From Octopus bimaculoides (lineage: Eukaryota), in the NCBI RefSeq assembly GCF_001194135.2, contig NC_068985.1, forward strand, positions 39,585,755 through 39,637,412: a stretch of 51,658 nt of DNA, written 5' to 3'. The notes beneath the pieces were generated by a model that did not search any database, was not told the DNA's origin, and saw nothing but the letters and a program-made list of their open reading frames with translations. This document shows, piece after piece, positions 49,086-51,658 of the stretch. The position numbers and the translations under genes were made by a program. Every line of letters starts with the position of its first letter. Positions within the stretch are counted from its first letter, which is position 1.

Positions 49086-50021
49086 TGTTTGAATGAATAA
49101 ATAAATGAACGCATGAATGAACGAATGAAACTACCTTATAGTTCTGCGTACTTTCACATTTTGTAGTTTTCTTGAGTGTTTTTTGTGTGTATTGCTTGTA
49201 TCACAATCATATCTATACGATTAACAGTTGTACCCTCAATATTTTGATTAATCGTGGCAGCTTATCTAATTCAACATTTCAAGCTTGTTTGCGCTGTTTT
49301 GAGAGAAGACATTTTAAAATCTAATTCAGCCTAAACACCCGATAATTTGAGTCCACTACATTAATTTCAAGGTATAATTCTAAATTAATCTTATCATCAA
49401 AAGGAAAGCTGTATGTGCATATTCGTGTATGGTATGAGTATGCTTGTGTAGAATTAAATAGATAAATGACAAGAAGAACTGTTGACCTATTTGATGTTGA
49501 GCCAATCTCATGTCTTCTCAAATAGCTTCTAAATGTAGGCTGCAGAATTTCATCAGTACCAAATAGAAATGAAACGTCAGTCAAGCTTTTAATTACACTA
49601 GCAACCATCTTCAGAGTAGACTTTAACTTGTCCACTTATTTCCTCTGAAATAAGAAGACAAGAAATAGTTAGCAAGCAGATAAAACGAACACTTATAAAC
49701 ACCCTTATACCTTTTAACTTTTCTTAAAAGTGAATCTGGATTGATTGGATGGTCTTTGTGTTTCAAAATATCGTTAATCTGAGAGTAAGATCGTGGAAGG
49801 TATCAGAGATGGTCTGATGTGCTAAGTTGGATTGCTTTACTGTGGTTACACACACACACACACACAACCACACAAACACTCGCATATATATATATTTCTA
49901 TATTATCAAGATATATATGCTTTTACATCAAGTTATATGAAAATAATTTTACAATAAACTGAAAGATTACTCAACACCTTTTGTACATTACATATTTATT
50001 TTTTCACAAAAAAATAGCGAT

Positions 50022-50067
50022 GACAGTGACTTCGAAATTTCGGCCTGCTAGCCTTCATCAGACAGTC
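50022..50067 (-). ncRNA. Minimal type I hammerhead ribozyme motif
   Basis: RNA GACUGU-CUGAUGA-A-GGCU(AGCA)GGCC-GAA-AU(UUCGAA)GU-C-ACUGUC: canonical core, GUC cleavage triplet, stem I 5 of 6 paired, near-palindromic stem III. Confidence 0.7.
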
Positions 50068-50189
50068 CAATGAAGAGTGTTCTGATTTCAGTGAGATTTA
50101 GTCGCTATATATTGATAGTAATATCTTATCTAACTGCCTTTAGTTGCGCCCAAAGCTAAAAGTAGCTGGGGCTGCCTGCTGGAGCCTAG

Positions 50190-50470
50190 CAGCAGATATA
50201 AAAAGGGGAACTTGACATGACGATCAGTCGGACGCTGACACTCGTTGATGTTGCATCGAAGAGGCCAGGGAATAAAAGAAAGAAGACATACACCCAACAC
50301 CAGAGCTGAAGACACCTCCGAAAGGATGGGCCCCGCCGCGTCAAAACGGTAGAGGAGTAGGGGCCGAAACCGGACGTGGTTCCTCCTGATGATGTCTTGA
50401 GCTAACTGGATCCTATAAAGGAGCTGTTGTGGTAGCAGACCACGAAACATGGTTGAAATTCCTCCTGACT
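50190..50470 (+). mobile_element. LTR- or pseudo-LTR-like fragment with TATA, Inr and AATAAA
   Basis: TATAAAA 50197, TCAGTC 50224-50229 (+1 lies 29 nt from the TATA start), AATAAA 50271; two CTGANGA...GAAAC pairs. Confidence 0.35.
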
Positions 50471-51061
50471 TATTTCTATATTGCCCTCGCTTACAAACTA
50501 AAATATCGGTTTTAGATATCTTTACGTAACATCGTGTTGATAATGTCTAACCAAAGGACAGTCCTGATTAAGCAGACCTATGTAAAAGACGTTCCAGGTG
50601 TATTAACCCTATCTCAATTTAGACGTTTAGTATCTAGGACTATATTGTCGTTTCTTTTCATTTTTTTTTTTTTCAAATACTGAGACCTGAGCAGAAGATT
50701 TGGCTGCTATCTTTAACTAGTCGAGAGACTACATTGAGGCTTACTTCAGATCTATATAAAAGATTTTCCAGCTGTGCTGATTCCGTCTAATTTTCAAAAG
50801 TTGGGTATCTAAAACGACATTAGTCAATGTATCATTTTCTTTTTTTTTTTTTTCTATTTTTCGTTATATACTTATTTATTTTGAAAATAGTGGGGCGAGA
50901 TCCGAAGGAAATTTAGCTCCTATTTCTAGCCATTCGAGACACTACTTGTTGCTTTCAGTAACTAAGTTGAGGTCCAATGCGACAATAGTATTTCTGAGGA
51001 TTTATCTAAATGCCTTTATAACGACATTTTCTCCTCCAGTTCCCACTTTATTAACTGCGGA

Positions 51062-51465
51062 AGACGGCGAACTGGCACAATCGTTAGCACGCCGGGCAAA
51101 ACGCTTAGCAGCATTTCGTCCGTCTTCCCGTTCTACGTTCAAATTCCGCCGAGGTCGACTTTGCCTTTCATCTTTTCGGGGTCGATAAATTAAGTACCAG
51201 TGGAACACTGGGGTCGATGTTTCAGGTTTTGTATTATTATTATCTTGGCGGCGAACGAGAGGAATCGTTAGCACGCCGGACAAAATGATAAGCGACATTT
51301 AGTCCGTCTTTACGTTCTGAGTTTAAATTCTGCTGAGATCGATATTGTCTTTCAACTTTTCGGGGTCGATTAAATAAGTACCAGTCAAGCATTGGCGTTG
51401 ATGTAGTTGTCTGTCCCCACTCCTTCAAAATATTAGGCTTTGTGCCTATAGTAAAAAAAGATTAT
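51062..51465 (+). mobile_element. Two tandem SINE A copies (51062-51222; 51246-51465)
   Basis: Both start GGCGAAC..AATCGTTAGCACGCCGG. Confidence 0.88.
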
Positions 51466-51497
51466 TAGCTGCTAAGTCAACTTCACTGTCCAAATCC

Positions 51498-51658
51498 ATA
51501 CTCTTTTACTCTTTTACTTGTTTCAGTCATTTGACTGCGGCCATGCTGGAGCACCGCCTTTAGTCGAGAAAATCGACCCCAAGACTTATTCTTTGTAAGC
51601 CTAGTACTTATTCTATCGGTATCTTTATGCCGAACCGCTAAGTTACGGGGACGTAAAC
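51498..51658 (-). mobile_element. SINE B 3' half, running off the window
   Basis: CTTTTACTCTTTTACTTGTTTCAGTCATTTGACTGCGGCCATGCTGGAGCACCGCC. Confidence 0.9.

Overview
This is eukaryotic, AT-rich, microsatellite-dense draft-assembly DNA with 16 N-gaps totalling about 5.3 kb, most of them abutting simple repeats. The tRNA-derived SINEs and simple-repeat load resemble coleoid cephalopod (probably Octopus) DNA; that assignment is from recall, not a search. I find no recognisable host protein-coding gene, and nearly every ORF in the supplied track is a microsatellite or gap artefact. What can be supported is transposon archaeology. There are three tRNA-derived SINE families (my labels A, B, C; about 30 copies or fragments), an RTE LINE with a TSD-bounded 5' inversion, and an internally deleted Tx1/L1 element. 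There are also Helitron and Tigger coding relics and mariner, hAT, Tigger and foldback MITEs, including a nested SINE<hAT<mariner stack. The most interesting signal is several unrelated short elements carrying minimal hammerhead-ribozyme (HHR) motifs of the type found in Penelope-like elements (PLEs). One is near-intact (50022-50067), one family has an A6U core and sits in microsatellites, and one joins a Pol III tRNA head to an HHR-like tail with an inverted terminal segment and a TSD (37655-38020). A few orphan splice and promoter signals might belong to a host gene but are unproven.
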